Assembly (NCBI GenBank): GCA_965116905.1 | Contig: OZ220732.1 | Location: 1,344,001-1,408,000 of the forward strand | DNA from: Longimicrobiales bacterium | GTDB taxonomy: Bacteria > Gemmatimonadota > Gemmatimonadetes > Longimicrobiales > Gaopeijiaceae | Reading direction: 5' to 3' | DNA: 64,000 bases | Shown: positions 9,579 through 18,329 of the stretch, piece after piece | How positions within the stretch are numbered: position 1 is the first letter of the stretch | How the letters are laid out: each line of letters starts with the position of its first letter | The notes under the pieces: model-generated | Told to the model about the DNA's origin: nothing | What the model saw: the letters and a program-made list of their open reading frames with translations, nothing else | Database searches by the model: none | Translations under genes and position numbers: made by a program

Positions 9579-10154
9579 CTAGAGGGACTGCAGCACGTTC
9601 AGCGCCCGGGCCAGCGACCACTCGCCCACCACCGGCGGGGGCCAGGCGTTTGCGCTGTGAGCATGCACAAGGGCATCGGCTTCGGCGCGGGCCCGCTCCG
9701 CCGTCTTCCCGTCGACGTGCCCGGCGTCCTCCGCTTCGCTCAGCTCGTCCTCATCCAAAACCCGGACCGGGCCCCACCGCGGGACCCAGACGTCGAGACA
9801 CAGATCCGTGGTCGACCAGGTGCGGGCGTCGACGAAATCCACCGGTGTGAGGACATTGGCGTACGTTCCCGTATGGGCGCCGTTGTTGCGGAAGAAAAGG
9901 CCGATATCGTGCCACTTGCCCGGGAACGTGAACCATATGACGGGCGAACGCGGCTCCAGAATCGTGAGATCATCGACGATAATCGGGTGCTCGATGGGCG
10001 TGCGGGGCTGAAATGTGACGACCATCTCCGGATTGCTGTCCAGCACAAAAAGCCGATACGTATCTTCCGGCTTCCCGATCCGCCGGTAGTAGATGTCGAC
10101 GAAGTCGCCGTCCCTGGGCAGGATGAGCCGCTGGCTCGTCGCGGAGCCCGTCAC
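9579..10154 (-). CDS. DUF402-family protein
   Basis: WFTFPGKWHDIG, GTYANVLTP, TDLCLDVWV, VLDEDEL motifs; GTGA coupling to upstream gene. Confidence 0.8.
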   Translation of the reverse strand: MTGSATSQRLILPRDGDFVDIYYRRIGKPEDTYRLFVLDSNPEMVVTFQPRTPIEHPIIVDDLTILEPRSPVIWFTFPGKWHDIGLFFRNNGAHTGTYANVLTPVDFVDARTWSTTDLCLDVWVPRWGPVRVLDEDELSEAEDAGHVDGKTAERARAEADALVHAHSANAWPPPVVGEWSLARALNVLQSL

Positions 10155-10480
10155 GAGTCGTCGAACTGTTCGGGGTTGGCGCGTTCGACGAACACGTCCA
10201 TGATCCCGCCGCACACCGCGGGGCTCCATGTGGTGAAGTCGTCGGTCAGGTCGACGCGAACCGTCCTCGGCGGCCCGCCCGCAAGCAGTTCATCGGCGGC
10301 CGCAAGCACTTCACCTTCGCCGCAACCTCCGCCGACGGTGCCGGCGATCACGCCGTCCCGCCCGACCAGCATCCGTGCGCCGGTCTTGCGCGGTGTCGAT
10401 CCCCTGGCGGCCACGATCGTCGCCAGTACGGCGGGCTCGCGCAGCGCCGCCAGCTGGCCCAGCAGCTCCTTTTCGTCCAA
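10151..10480 (-). CDS. Stand-alone XdhC/CoxI N-terminal domain protein
   Basis: LATIV..RGSTPRKTGARMLV, GTVGGGCGE, CGGIMDVFVE; AGGAGG before TTG start. Confidence 0.88.
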   Translation of the reverse strand: MDEKELLGQLAALREPAVLATIVAARGSTPRKTGARMLVGRDGVIAGTVGGGCGEGEVLAAADELLAGGPPRTVRVDLTDDFTTWSPAVCGGIMDVFVERANPEQFDDS

Positions 10481-10523
10481 CTCGGTCCTCCTGTGTCCGC
10501 TCGGCTCCCGGCAGCGTGACGTG

Positions 10524-11972
10524 CTACCGGTCCCCGAAAAAGCGCTCGACGACCCGTTCCTTCTCCACGAGGGGCGCTCCCGTGCCCCCCGCGTGAAACA
10601 GTATGATCTCCGCCACTACCGACACCGCGATCTCAGCCGGGGTCTGACCACCCAGATCCAGACCGACCGGGGCTCGCACCTGGCGCATTTCGGCGGTCGT
10701 GAAGCCCTCCCGAGCGAGCTGCTCGTGGGTTGCACGCACCCGGCGGCGACTCCCGATCATACCGATGTAGCCCGGCGGCGCGGGCATGCGCAACAGGCGC
10801 ACCAGACACTCGTAGTCGAAGCTGTGCCCACGCGTGACCAGCACGATGTGGTCGGAAGGGCCCAGATCAATGTCCGCGAAGGGGTCGTGGAAGTCGATCA
10901 CGCGCACCTCGGAGGCCTCCGGAAAACGCTCCGCCGCGGCAAACTCCGGGCGATCGTCCAGCACTTCGACCCGCATCCCCAGCATCGCAGCCATCCGGGA
11001 CAGGGGAATGGCGATATGGCCCGCACCCACGATCACCATCCGCGCGGGCGGCCCGTGCAGTTCGATGTAGACCGTGGCCGTGGCCGCGCGGTCGCCGTCC
11101 GCGTAACCAAAGTCCCGGCTGAGGGCGCCGCGGGATTCCCTTGGGGGGAAGAGCGCCGGCACCGCCGCGGCAACCGCCTCGTCAAGCGCCGGGCTTCCGA
11201 GTGTGCCCCCGTGTCGCCTGCCGGAGAGCCACCACCGCCGCCCGATCAGCGCGGGGTCGGGCGCGCCGGTCACCACCGCGGTGTATATGCGTTCGCCCCG
11301 GCCGAGCGCCTCCAGGACCCGGGCGGCTACATGCGCGGCGGACGGATTCATGCGGATGCGCCGCCGGTATCGCTCGGGCGTGTCGATATCCTCCACGGCG
11401 CCCGGATCCGCGACCTCGACCTCGATCACCCTGCCGGGGTCACGCCTCACCACCGTGCGCGCCCCGTCCGGCAGGCCGGCCTCGTGGAACTCGTGCGCGA
11501 TGCTCATGTCGGCCAGCACGGGATGCCCGCGCCGATCCCCGTAGCGGGGCAGCACAATGGCGGGACGGGCGGCGCGCCACGCGGCGATCAGCGCCTCAAC
11601 GGTTGCGGGCGCGACCGCGGGGTTGTCGACCGGGGTGAAGACCGTCGCGGCGGGCGGATCCGCACCCTGCGCCAGCCACGCGAGCCCGGCCCGCAGCGAG
11701 CCGATCTGGCCACCCGCGCCGTCCGGGTTGACCACGAGGCGCGCACCCGCCCGAGCCGCCTCGTCGGCCACGCCGCCCGTGCGGGCAGGTGCGACAACGA
11801 CGACGGGGTCACAACCGGCGCTGGTCAGCGTCTGCACCAGCCGTCCCACGAACGTCATCCCGTCCGCGTCCAGGAGCGCCTTCGCGGTGCCCATCCGCGA
11901 CGATCCGCCCGCGGCGAGCACGATGCCGGCTACACGCGGCTCCGGTTCCGGCCGCACGCCTGCCGCGCTCAT
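10524..11972 (-). CDS. MocA-like molybdenum cofactor nucleotidyltransferase fused to XdhC Rossmann domain
   Basis: N-half IVLAAGGSSRMG..KALL, GHPVL, DIDTPE; C-half IVGAGHIA, TRGHSFD, YIGMIGSRRR, PVGLDLGGQTPAEIAVS. Confidence 0.88.
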   Translation of the reverse strand: MSAAGVRPEPEPRVAGIVLAAGGSSRMGTAKALLDADGMTFVGRLVQTLTSAGCDPVVVVAPARTGGVADEAARAGARLVVNPDGAGGQIGSLRAGLAWLAQGADPPAATVFTPVDNPAVAPATVEALIAAWRAARPAIVLPRYGDRRGHPVLADMSIAHEFHEAGLPDGARTVVRRDPGRVIEVEVADPGAVEDIDTPERYRRRIRMNPSAAHVAARVLEALGRGERIYTAVVTGAPDPALIGRRWWLSGRRHGGTLGSPALDEAVAAAVPALFPPRESRGALSRDFGYADGDRAATATVYIELHGPPARMVIVGAGHIAIPLSRMAAMLGMRVEVLDDRPEFAAAERFPEASEVRVIDFHDPFADIDLGPSDHIVLVTRGHSFDYECLVRLLRMPAPPGYIGMIGSRRRVRATHEQLAREGFTTAEMRQVRAPVGLDLGGQTPAEIAVSVVAEIILFHAGGTGAPLVEKERVVERFFGDR

Positions 11973-14173
11973 TCCCGCCCCGCCCGCGCGCCGTCGGCGG
12001 ACGGGAACGCGCCGTGGAAGGTCTCGCCCGCCTCGGCCAGCCGCGAGAGGAGGGCACTGGGCTCGAAGCGGCTCCCGTGCGCGTCGCAAAACGACGAAAG
12101 GGCCGCGACGACTTCGTCCAGACCGCGGTTGTCCGCGTACCTAAGAAGACCGCCACGGAAGGGCGGGAAGCCGGCGCCCATGATCATGCCGAGATCCACC
12201 GCGGAGGCGTCGGACACGATCCCGTCCTCGAGCACACGGGCGGCCTCGTTGACCATGGCCAGTATCGTCCGGTCCCGCGCGCCGGCGGCGTCCAGGTCGG
12301 AGCGTGGCGAGGACACGCCCATGTCCGCGTACATGGAAGGATCGATACCCTTCGGCTTGGCCCCTTCGTACAGGTAGAAGCCTCTGCCGCCCTTCTGGCC
12401 CGGCCGGTTCGACCTCGCCAGGGCCGTGAGGGACCGGGCAGGCGCCAGGCGCTCACCGAATGCGGCGGCCAGCGCCTGGCCCGCGTGATAGGCGACCTCC
12501 ATGCCGATCGTGTCGATCAGGCGGCAGGGACCCATCGGCATGCCGAACCGGGTCCATACGCGGTCCAGAGCGGCCGCGTCCCAGCCCTCGTCGAGCAGGT
12601 GTCCGGCCTCGTTCAACCCGGGTCCGATGATGCGATTGACCAGGAAGCCGGGCCCGTCCCGCGTGATGACGGGGACCTTGCCGAGTCGGACCGCGAGGGC
12701 GGCAATGGTCTCGATCGTGTCGGCGCTGGTCGCCTCGCCCGCCACCACCTCCACGAGGGGCATGCGGTGAACCGGGTGGAAGAAGTGCATCCCGGCGAAC
12801 CTGCCGGGCCGTTCCAGGATGGTGGCCATTTCGTCGATCGACAGCGACGAGGTGTTGGTCACGATCACCGCACCGGGGCTCACGACCGCCTCGACCTCCC
12901 TGAGCACGGCCTGCTTGATGTCCATGCGCTCGACGACCGCCTCGACCACCAGGCCGGCCAGCGCCACGCCCGAGTCGTCGAGCCCCCCCGAGATCATCGC
13001 CATTTTCCTCATGGCGTCCCGGCGGCGGAGCCTGCGGCGTTTCACAGCCCCGTCGAAGACCGAACGCGCGTAGGCAAGCCCCCCCGCCACGGCCTCGTGG
13101 CGCACGTCCTTCATCCGCACGGGGAGATCATTGTACGCAGCCAACTGTGCGATCCCGGCTCCCAGCTGGCCGGCCCCGACCACCGCGATCCTGTCCACCC
13201 GCCCGTCACGGCCCCCATCCGACCACGGTCCCTTTCGGGCCGCCTCGCGCCAGCCGAAGAGACCGAGCAGATGGCCGCACACGGGCGACGCGATCAGGTC
13301 CCTGATCGCTTCGGCCTCCGCGTCGAACCCCGCCCTCGCTCCCCCGCGCAGCCCACGGCGCACCACGCTCAGGATCCTGAGGGGCGCGGGGTACCTGCCA
13401 CCGGTAAGCTTCAGCACGCGCTTCGCGGCCATCCGCAGCACGAGCCACCTTCCCGGCGCGGTCCCGTCCAGCAGCAGGGCCGTGATCCCGCGTCGCCTCC
13501 GGCGGCCGCCGGGCAGTCCGCGCGTGCGCCGCCCCCGTCCTTCGCGGTCCGCCAGGGCGCGGGCGAAGTCCAGGCAGCGCTCGCGGAACTGGTGCCGCGG
13601 GAAGACCTGGTCCACCAGCCCGATTCGTTTCGCCCTGGAGACGCGCGCGGGCTTGCCGGTGAGCAGAAGGTCCAGCGCGGCACGCAGTCCCACCAGCCGT
13701 GGCAGGCGAGTGGTACCGCCCCAGCCGGGCAGGATGCCCAACTGGACCTCCGGCAGACCGATGCGCGTGCGGTCGTCGTCGTCGCCGACCCGATAGTGGC
13801 AGGCCAGAGCGATCTCGGTGCCGCCGCCCAGGCAGATCCCCTGGATCGCGGCGATTGTCGGTACCGGCATGTCGGCAATGCGTGCGAACAGGGCCTGGAC
13901 CCGGCGCGAGATCTCGACGCCCCGCTCGCGGTCCCGGACAGCCGCGATGGCGGTGATCGCTCCTACGTCGGCCCCGGCCACAAATGAAGCCGGCTTGGCG
14001 GAAGTGACGAGCAGCGCCCGAAGTCGACCCTGTCCAGCGGCTTCGCGCGCCTGCGCAGCCACCTGTTCCAGGTCGAGCAGCACCTCCTCCGTAAGGACGT
14101 TATGTGCCCGCTGGGGATCGTCGAAGATGATCTGCCCGATGCCGTCCGCGTTGAGGACGAAGCGCGGATTCAT
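11969..14173 (-). CDS. fadJ: Fatty-acid oxidation complex alpha subunit (enoyl-CoA hydratase / 3-hydroxyacyl-CoA dehydrogenase)
   Basis: FVAGAD, CLGGGTE, GLPEVQLGILPGWGGT, VVGAGQLG, NTSSL, GMHFF, GFPPFRGG. Confidence 0.85.
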   Translation of the reverse strand: MNPRFVLNADGIGQIIFDDPQRAHNVLTEEVLLDLEQVAAQAREAAGQGRLRALLVTSAKPASFVAGADVGAITAIAAVRDRERGVEISRRVQALFARIADMPVPTIAAIQGICLGGGTEIALACHYRVGDDDDRTRIGLPEVQLGILPGWGGTTRLPRLVGLRAALDLLLTGKPARVSRAKRIGLVDQVFPRHQFRERCLDFARALADREGRGRRTRGLPGGRRRRRGITALLLDGTAPGRWLVLRMAAKRVLKLTGGRYPAPLRILSVVRRGLRGGARAGFDAEAEAIRDLIASPVCGHLLGLFGWREAARKGPWSDGGRDGRVDRIAVVGAGQLGAGIAQLAAYNDLPVRMKDVRHEAVAGGLAYARSVFDGAVKRRRLRRRDAMRKMAMISGGLDDSGVALAGLVVEAVVERMDIKQAVLREVEAVVSPGAVIVTNTSSLSIDEMATILERPGRFAGMHFFHPVHRMPLVEVVAGEATSADTIETIAALAVRLGKVPVITRDGPGFLVNRIIGPGLNEAGHLLDEGWDAAALDRVWTRFGMPMGPCRLIDTIGMEVAYHAGQALAAAFGERLAPARSLTALARSNRPGQKGGRGFYLYEGAKPKGIDPSMYADMGVSSPRSDLDAAGARDRTILAMVNEAARVLEDGIVSDASAVDLGMIMGAGFPPFRGGLLRYADNRGLDEVVAALSSFCDAHGSRFEPSALLSRLAEAGETFHGAFPSADGARAGRE

Positions 14174-14315
14174 CGGTCGGCTACGCCGGGCGGGCCGTGC
14201 TTGCGGGCGGGCGGTGTCTGCGGACGGGCGGCCTGCGGGCGGGCGGCTTGCGGGCGGCCGGCTTGCAGGTGGGCAACGCCCGGTGCCGTGGGCCGCCGCG
14301 GACCGCCGCGGGCCG

Positions 14316-15098
14316 CTAGAAGATCTGTCTCACGACCGCGTTGTCGCGGTTGAGCTGCAGGACGACGGGTTCCTCGCGCGAGATCACTATCGAGATGTTC
14401 CAATAGAGTTCGTTGTACGGAAGTTCGTGACGCGCGTAGACCCAGTACTCCCCCGGCGCGGCCTCGAACGCGGCCACGCCGTCGACACCGGTCGTGTCCG
14501 CGTGTTCCTCGAGTCCGGACAGTTCGGTCTTGGCCGCGATGATCAGACCCACATCCTCGAACGCCTGGTCGGCCCAGTCCGCCTGGACGATGTTGATGCT
14601 GTCCATACGCCCGATGGCCGCATCCTGAAGCGACGTGAAATTGTCGAAGAGTCTTCCGACCTGCTGCTCCGCGCGATTGTATTCGCCTTCCAGGTCCTGA
14701 TACTCGTTGTAGAGCGTCAGATACGCGCGCTGGGCCCGGTTCAGCCCCTCCATGGCATCGTTCAGCGTCTGGAGCGAGTCGCGCAGGATGTTCCACCGCG
14801 TCTCCGTGTCACGCCACTCCTGCTGGGCCTGCGCGATCTCCTCCTGTGCCGCAAGCAGATCCGGGGGGACTTCCGGTTCGGGCATTCCGGCGTCGGCCGC
14901 CACCGCGGTCAGGGAATCGAAGATCTGGTCCCGGTCATACGGCAAGAGCCGGACTTCGACCCCTTCGATGGCGTTTCCGTCTTCGGCGGCCTCGTCTCCG
15001 AGCCCGACGATGACCGTGGCTTCACCCGGCCCGCAGGCCGCCAGAATCGTGGTGGCCAGGATTGCAACCAACCCTGTGCCGGTGCTGCTTCGCTTCAT
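14316..15098 (-). CDS. Hypothetical lipoprotein with central coiled coil
   Basis: Lipobox LAAC; long Q/E/L-rich helical segment flanked by beta-rich ends. Confidence 0.75.
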   Translation of the reverse strand: MKRSSTGTGLVAILATTILAACGPGEATVIVGLGDEAAEDGNAIEGVEVRLLPYDRDQIFDSLTAVAADAGMPEPEVPPDLLAAQEEIAQAQQEWRDTETRWNILRDSLQTLNDAMEGLNRAQRAYLTLYNEYQDLEGEYNRAEQQVGRLFDNFTSLQDAAIGRMDSINIVQADWADQAFEDVGLIIAAKTELSGLEEHADTTGVDGVAAFEAAPGEYWVYARHELPYNELYWNISIVISREEPVVLQLNRDNAVVRQIF

Positions 15099-15218
15099 GA
15101 CTTCGCTCCCTGAAGTTGGCCGTACGGTTTCCGCCGCCCGAAGGACCGCGTGCGGCCCAAGGTAAGGACGAAAAAGGACTGCATCAAGACGGAGGAAGAC
15201 GGTCGGGAGGGACCGGTC

Positions 15219-16148
15219 CTACGGGAGGGTGCGGGCGAGGACGTAGTTCAGCGGATCGACCGGCGTGCCGTTCCGGTGGACTTCGTAGTGGACGTGCGGC
15301 GCCGTGCAGGTCCCGGTGCATCCCACTTCGGCGACGACCTCGTCCCGGCGAACCCTCTTGCCCACGTAGGCAAGCAGCCGGGAAGCGTGGGCGTAGCGCG
15401 TGACGTAGCCATAGCCGTGGTCGATCTCGATCAGGTTCCCGTATCCGGGCTTTTGCCCCGCGTAGATGACGACACCGGCGCCGGTGGCCACGATCGGAGT
15501 TCCGTAGATGGCGTGGACGTCTATACCCTCATGGGGCCGGTCGACCAGGTGTATGGGATGCCGCCGGCTCCGGCTGAACCTGGACGACAACACGCCGCCC
15601 ACCGGCGAGATCGACGGAATCGCCACGAGGCGCTGCGCGTCGGATTCGAGCGCGGCGGTCGTCTCGTCGAAGCTTTCGTCGAGCAGATCCACCTTCCGTT
15701 CGAGCACAGCAAGGTCGTAGCGGAACGCGTACGCCGCTTCCGAGGCCTCCGGGTCGAGCCGCCAGAGTTCGTCTTCGCCGAGTGATTCGAGCCCCGGGCC
15801 ACCGACGCCGACCTCGAAGACCTCTTCGTCAAAGCCGATCCGGCCGGTAAGTAGCCGTGCGTGGCGATCCTTCTCGGCGAGGTCGGCGATCTCCCGGTTG
15901 AGGTCGCCGAGCCTCCCGTGGTAGCTGGCGAGCTCCTCTTCCAGAAGGCGGTTTTCCCTGGCCAGATTAGCGGCGCGCAGGCGCGCTCCACTGTCGTACG
16001 CCAGGAATGCCGCGGCCACGAGGAAGAGCGCCCCGCACACACCCAAAGCCAATCCCGCCCGCCGTACGGTCGAGTGCGGCATCGAGTACTGCCGCACTGA
16101 TTCATCGTCGCCCTTGAGCAGGAGGACGGTCCATCGTTCCGTAAACAT
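15219..16148 (-). CDS. M23-family metallopeptidase (murein hydrolase-like)
   Basis: TM, coiled coil, HEGID, GYGN, TRYAH, PHVHYEV, PVDP. Confidence 0.92.
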   Translation of the reverse strand: MFTERWTVLLLKGDDESVRQYSMPHSTVRRAGLALGVCGALFLVAAAFLAYDSGARLRAANLARENRLLEEELASYHGRLGDLNREIADLAEKDRHARLLTGRIGFDEEVFEVGVGGPGLESLGEDELWRLDPEASEAAYAFRYDLAVLERKVDLLDESFDETTAALESDAQRLVAIPSISPVGGVLSSRFSRSRRHPIHLVDRPHEGIDVHAIYGTPIVATGAGVVIYAGQKPGYGNLIEIDHGYGYVTRYAHASRLLAYVGKRVRRDEVVAEVGCTGTCTAPHVHYEVHRNGTPVDPLNYVLARTLP

Positions 16149-16182
16149 GTGGCAGATAGGTTACTTGTGTGACACCACCGGG

Positions 16183-17751
16183 TCAAGTAACCGGTGGATT
16201 CTCCTGATCGGCGATACCCGGCTCCACGCGCGGGAAGAGGGGTTTGCCGACCGCCGTCGCGCGCCCGGCAAGGTCGACGGTTGCCAGATCCGCCAGGAGC
16301 GGCACGCCGTCCAAACCCAGCCGCAACGCCAGCTCACGCGCCTGTACGGGCATGACGGGTTCGAACATCACGGCGAGCACGGCAAGCGTTCGCGCAAGGG
16401 TGGCCAGGGTCTCGTCGAGTTCGCCGGCGCGGGCAGAATCACGCGCAAGTGCCCACGGTTCCCGCGCTTCCACGAATCCGTTCGCGGTCCTCGCCAGGTC
16501 CATCGCGGCCGCAAATCCCTCGTGGAACCGGTATCCGTCAAGGCCTTGCCGGTACGCGGTCAGGGCTTTTCCGGTCTCAAGGGCCAGGCCGTCGGCGGGG
16601 GCGTCGGGAACGATGCCCTTCCGGTACCGCTTCACCATGGAGAGGGCGCGGTGCGCCAGGTTGCCGAAGATGTTGCGCAGCTCGTCGTAGCGGATGAGGA
16701 AGCGGTCCGGGGTGTAGGACGCATCCTGGCCGGTCGGCATCTCGCGCATCAGGTACCAGCGAACGGCGTCGGTCCCGAACTGTTCCCTGAGGTCGAGCGG
16801 ATCCACCACGTTGCCGAGCGACTTGGACATCTTGGTGTCGCCCACGACCCACCATCCGTGCGCGAGTATCTTGCGGGGCAGGGGAAGGTCGGCCCCCATC
16901 AGCAGCGTCGGCCAGTACACGGCGTGCGTGGTGAGGATGTCCTTGCCCATGAGGTGCACGTCGCAGGGCCACCACGATCGGCGCCGGCCGTCGCCGAAGC
17001 CGCGTTGTTCCCTGGGCGCGCCGGGTTCGATGGCTCCCGAGGCCGTGACGTAGTTGGTCAGCGCGTCCACCCACACGTAGGTCACCTGGTCGGCGTCCCA
17101 GGGCAGGGGGATGCCCCAGTGGATGCGCGAGCGCGGCCGGGAGATCGACAGATCGGCGAGCCCCTGGCCGAGGAACCCCAGGACCTCGTTGCGGCGCGTC
17201 GCGGGCACGATCCACTCCGGGTTGTCCTCGATGTGCCGGACCAGCCTGTCGCGGAAATCGCTCATCTTGAAGAAGTAGTTCTTCTCGCGGATCCGCTCGA
17301 CCGGTCCGCCCGCGATGGGATCCACCCGCTCGGGCCCGATCTCCTTCTCCGTGAAGTACCGTTCCTGGCCGACGGAGTACCACCCCGCGTACTCGGACTC
17401 GTAGATGAGCCCGTTGTCGTACAGGCGCTCCAGGAGGGCCCGCACGACCGCGATGTGCTCCGGCTCGGTGGTGCGGATGAAGCGGTCGTGGGAGATCCCC
17501 ATCTCGTCCCACGCGGCCTCGAAGCGCACCGCCATGATGTCGCACAGCTCGAGCGGCGTGACCCCCTGGGCCGCGGCCGCCTCCTGGATCTTCTGCCCGT
17601 GTTCGTCGGTTCCGGTCAGGAACAGGACATCGTCGCCGGCGCGGCGCCTGTACCGCGCCAGAACGTCGGCCAGGATGGTCGTGTAGGCGTGACCGATGTG
17701 CGGCTCGCCCGAGGCGTAGTAGATCGGTGTGGAGAGGTAGAAGGATCCCAT
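16183..17751 (-). CDS. metG: Methionyl-tRNA synthetase (short form)
   Basis: FYLSTPIYY..PHIGH, TGTDEHGQK, YVWVDAL, GKDI, KMSKS. Confidence 0.96.
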   Translation of the reverse strand: MGSFYLSTPIYYASGEPHIGHAYTTILADVLARYRRRAGDDVLFLTGTDEHGQKIQEAAAAQGVTPLELCDIMAVRFEAAWDEMGISHDRFIRTTEPEHIAVVRALLERLYDNGLIYESEYAGWYSVGQERYFTEKEIGPERVDPIAGGPVERIREKNYFFKMSDFRDRLVRHIEDNPEWIVPATRRNEVLGFLGQGLADLSISRPRSRIHWGIPLPWDADQVTYVWVDALTNYVTASGAIEPGAPREQRGFGDGRRRSWWPCDVHLMGKDILTTHAVYWPTLLMGADLPLPRKILAHGWWVVGDTKMSKSLGNVVDPLDLREQFGTDAVRWYLMREMPTGQDASYTPDRFLIRYDELRNIFGNLAHRALSMVKRYRKGIVPDAPADGLALETGKALTAYRQGLDGYRFHEGFAAAMDLARTANGFVEAREPWALARDSARAGELDETLATLARTLAVLAVMFEPVMPVQARELALRLGLDGVPLLADLATVDLAGRATAVGKPLFPRVEPGIADQENPPVT

Positions 17752-17756
17752 GGCGC

Positions 17757-18329
17757 TCAGCCTTCCTCCGAGTCCATCGCGGCCCCGATCGCGCGGGCAT
17801 ACCAGTCGAGTGTCTCGATGAAGCCGGCAAAGGACTTTTCGTAGTGCGGCGCCGCGGGTTCGCCGTCTTCGCCGAAGCTGCCCGACACCCTGGAGACGTG
17901 CATTCCGGCCACCGGCAGGGCCTTGAGGCGGAGGAACAGGAGCTGCAGGTGGTTGTGCACCTGGACACCGCCAAAACCCCCCGCGGACACGGTCACGATT
18001 CCGACCGGCTTGCGGAACCACTCGCCGTAGATGTAGTCGAGCGCGTTCTTGAGAACGCCCGGGATGGAGCCGTTGTATTCGGGACTGACGACCACGACGG
18101 CGTCGGCGGCCCTCACCGCCTCCGAGAAGCGGACCAGCCCCGGCGGCGGGTCGTCCCGCATGTGCAGGCGCTCCTCCATGATCGGCAGGTCCAGGCTGCG
18201 AAGGTCCAGCAGCGGCGCGTCGGCCCCCGCCTGTCCGAGCCGGTCGCCGGCGAAGCGTGCCACCCTGATGGACTGGCGGCCGCGGCGTACCGAGCCCACG
18301 AGAACCGGGATGCGCAGCGGACGGTTCAC
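17757..18329 (-). CDS. NADPH-dependent FMN reductase
   Basis: GSVRRGRQS, SPEYNGSIPGVLKNALD, KPVGIV; GTGA-coupled to upstream ligase. Confidence 0.9.
   Translation of the reverse strand: MNRPLRIPVLVGSVRRGRQSIRVARFAGDRLGQAGADAPLLDLRSLDLPIMEERLHMRDDPPPGLVRFSEAVRAADAVVVVSPEYNGSIPGVLKNALDYIYGEWFRKPVGIVTVSAGGFGGVQVHNHLQLLFLRLKALPVAGMHVSRVSGSFGEDGEPAAPHYEKSFAGFIETLDWYARAIGAAMDSEEG

Noticed and set aside
8898..12377. 1159-aa plus-strand ORF and many other long ORFs in the track (e.g. 37214-39940, 24243-26573, 11789-13987)
   Set aside because: R/G/P-rich shadow frames overlapping well-supported genes; expected at this GC content.
14170..14315. Small ORF or terminator in the GC-rich repeat gap upstream of fadJ
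   Set aside because: Explained by degenerate 15-bp tandem repeats; no U-tract or credible protein.
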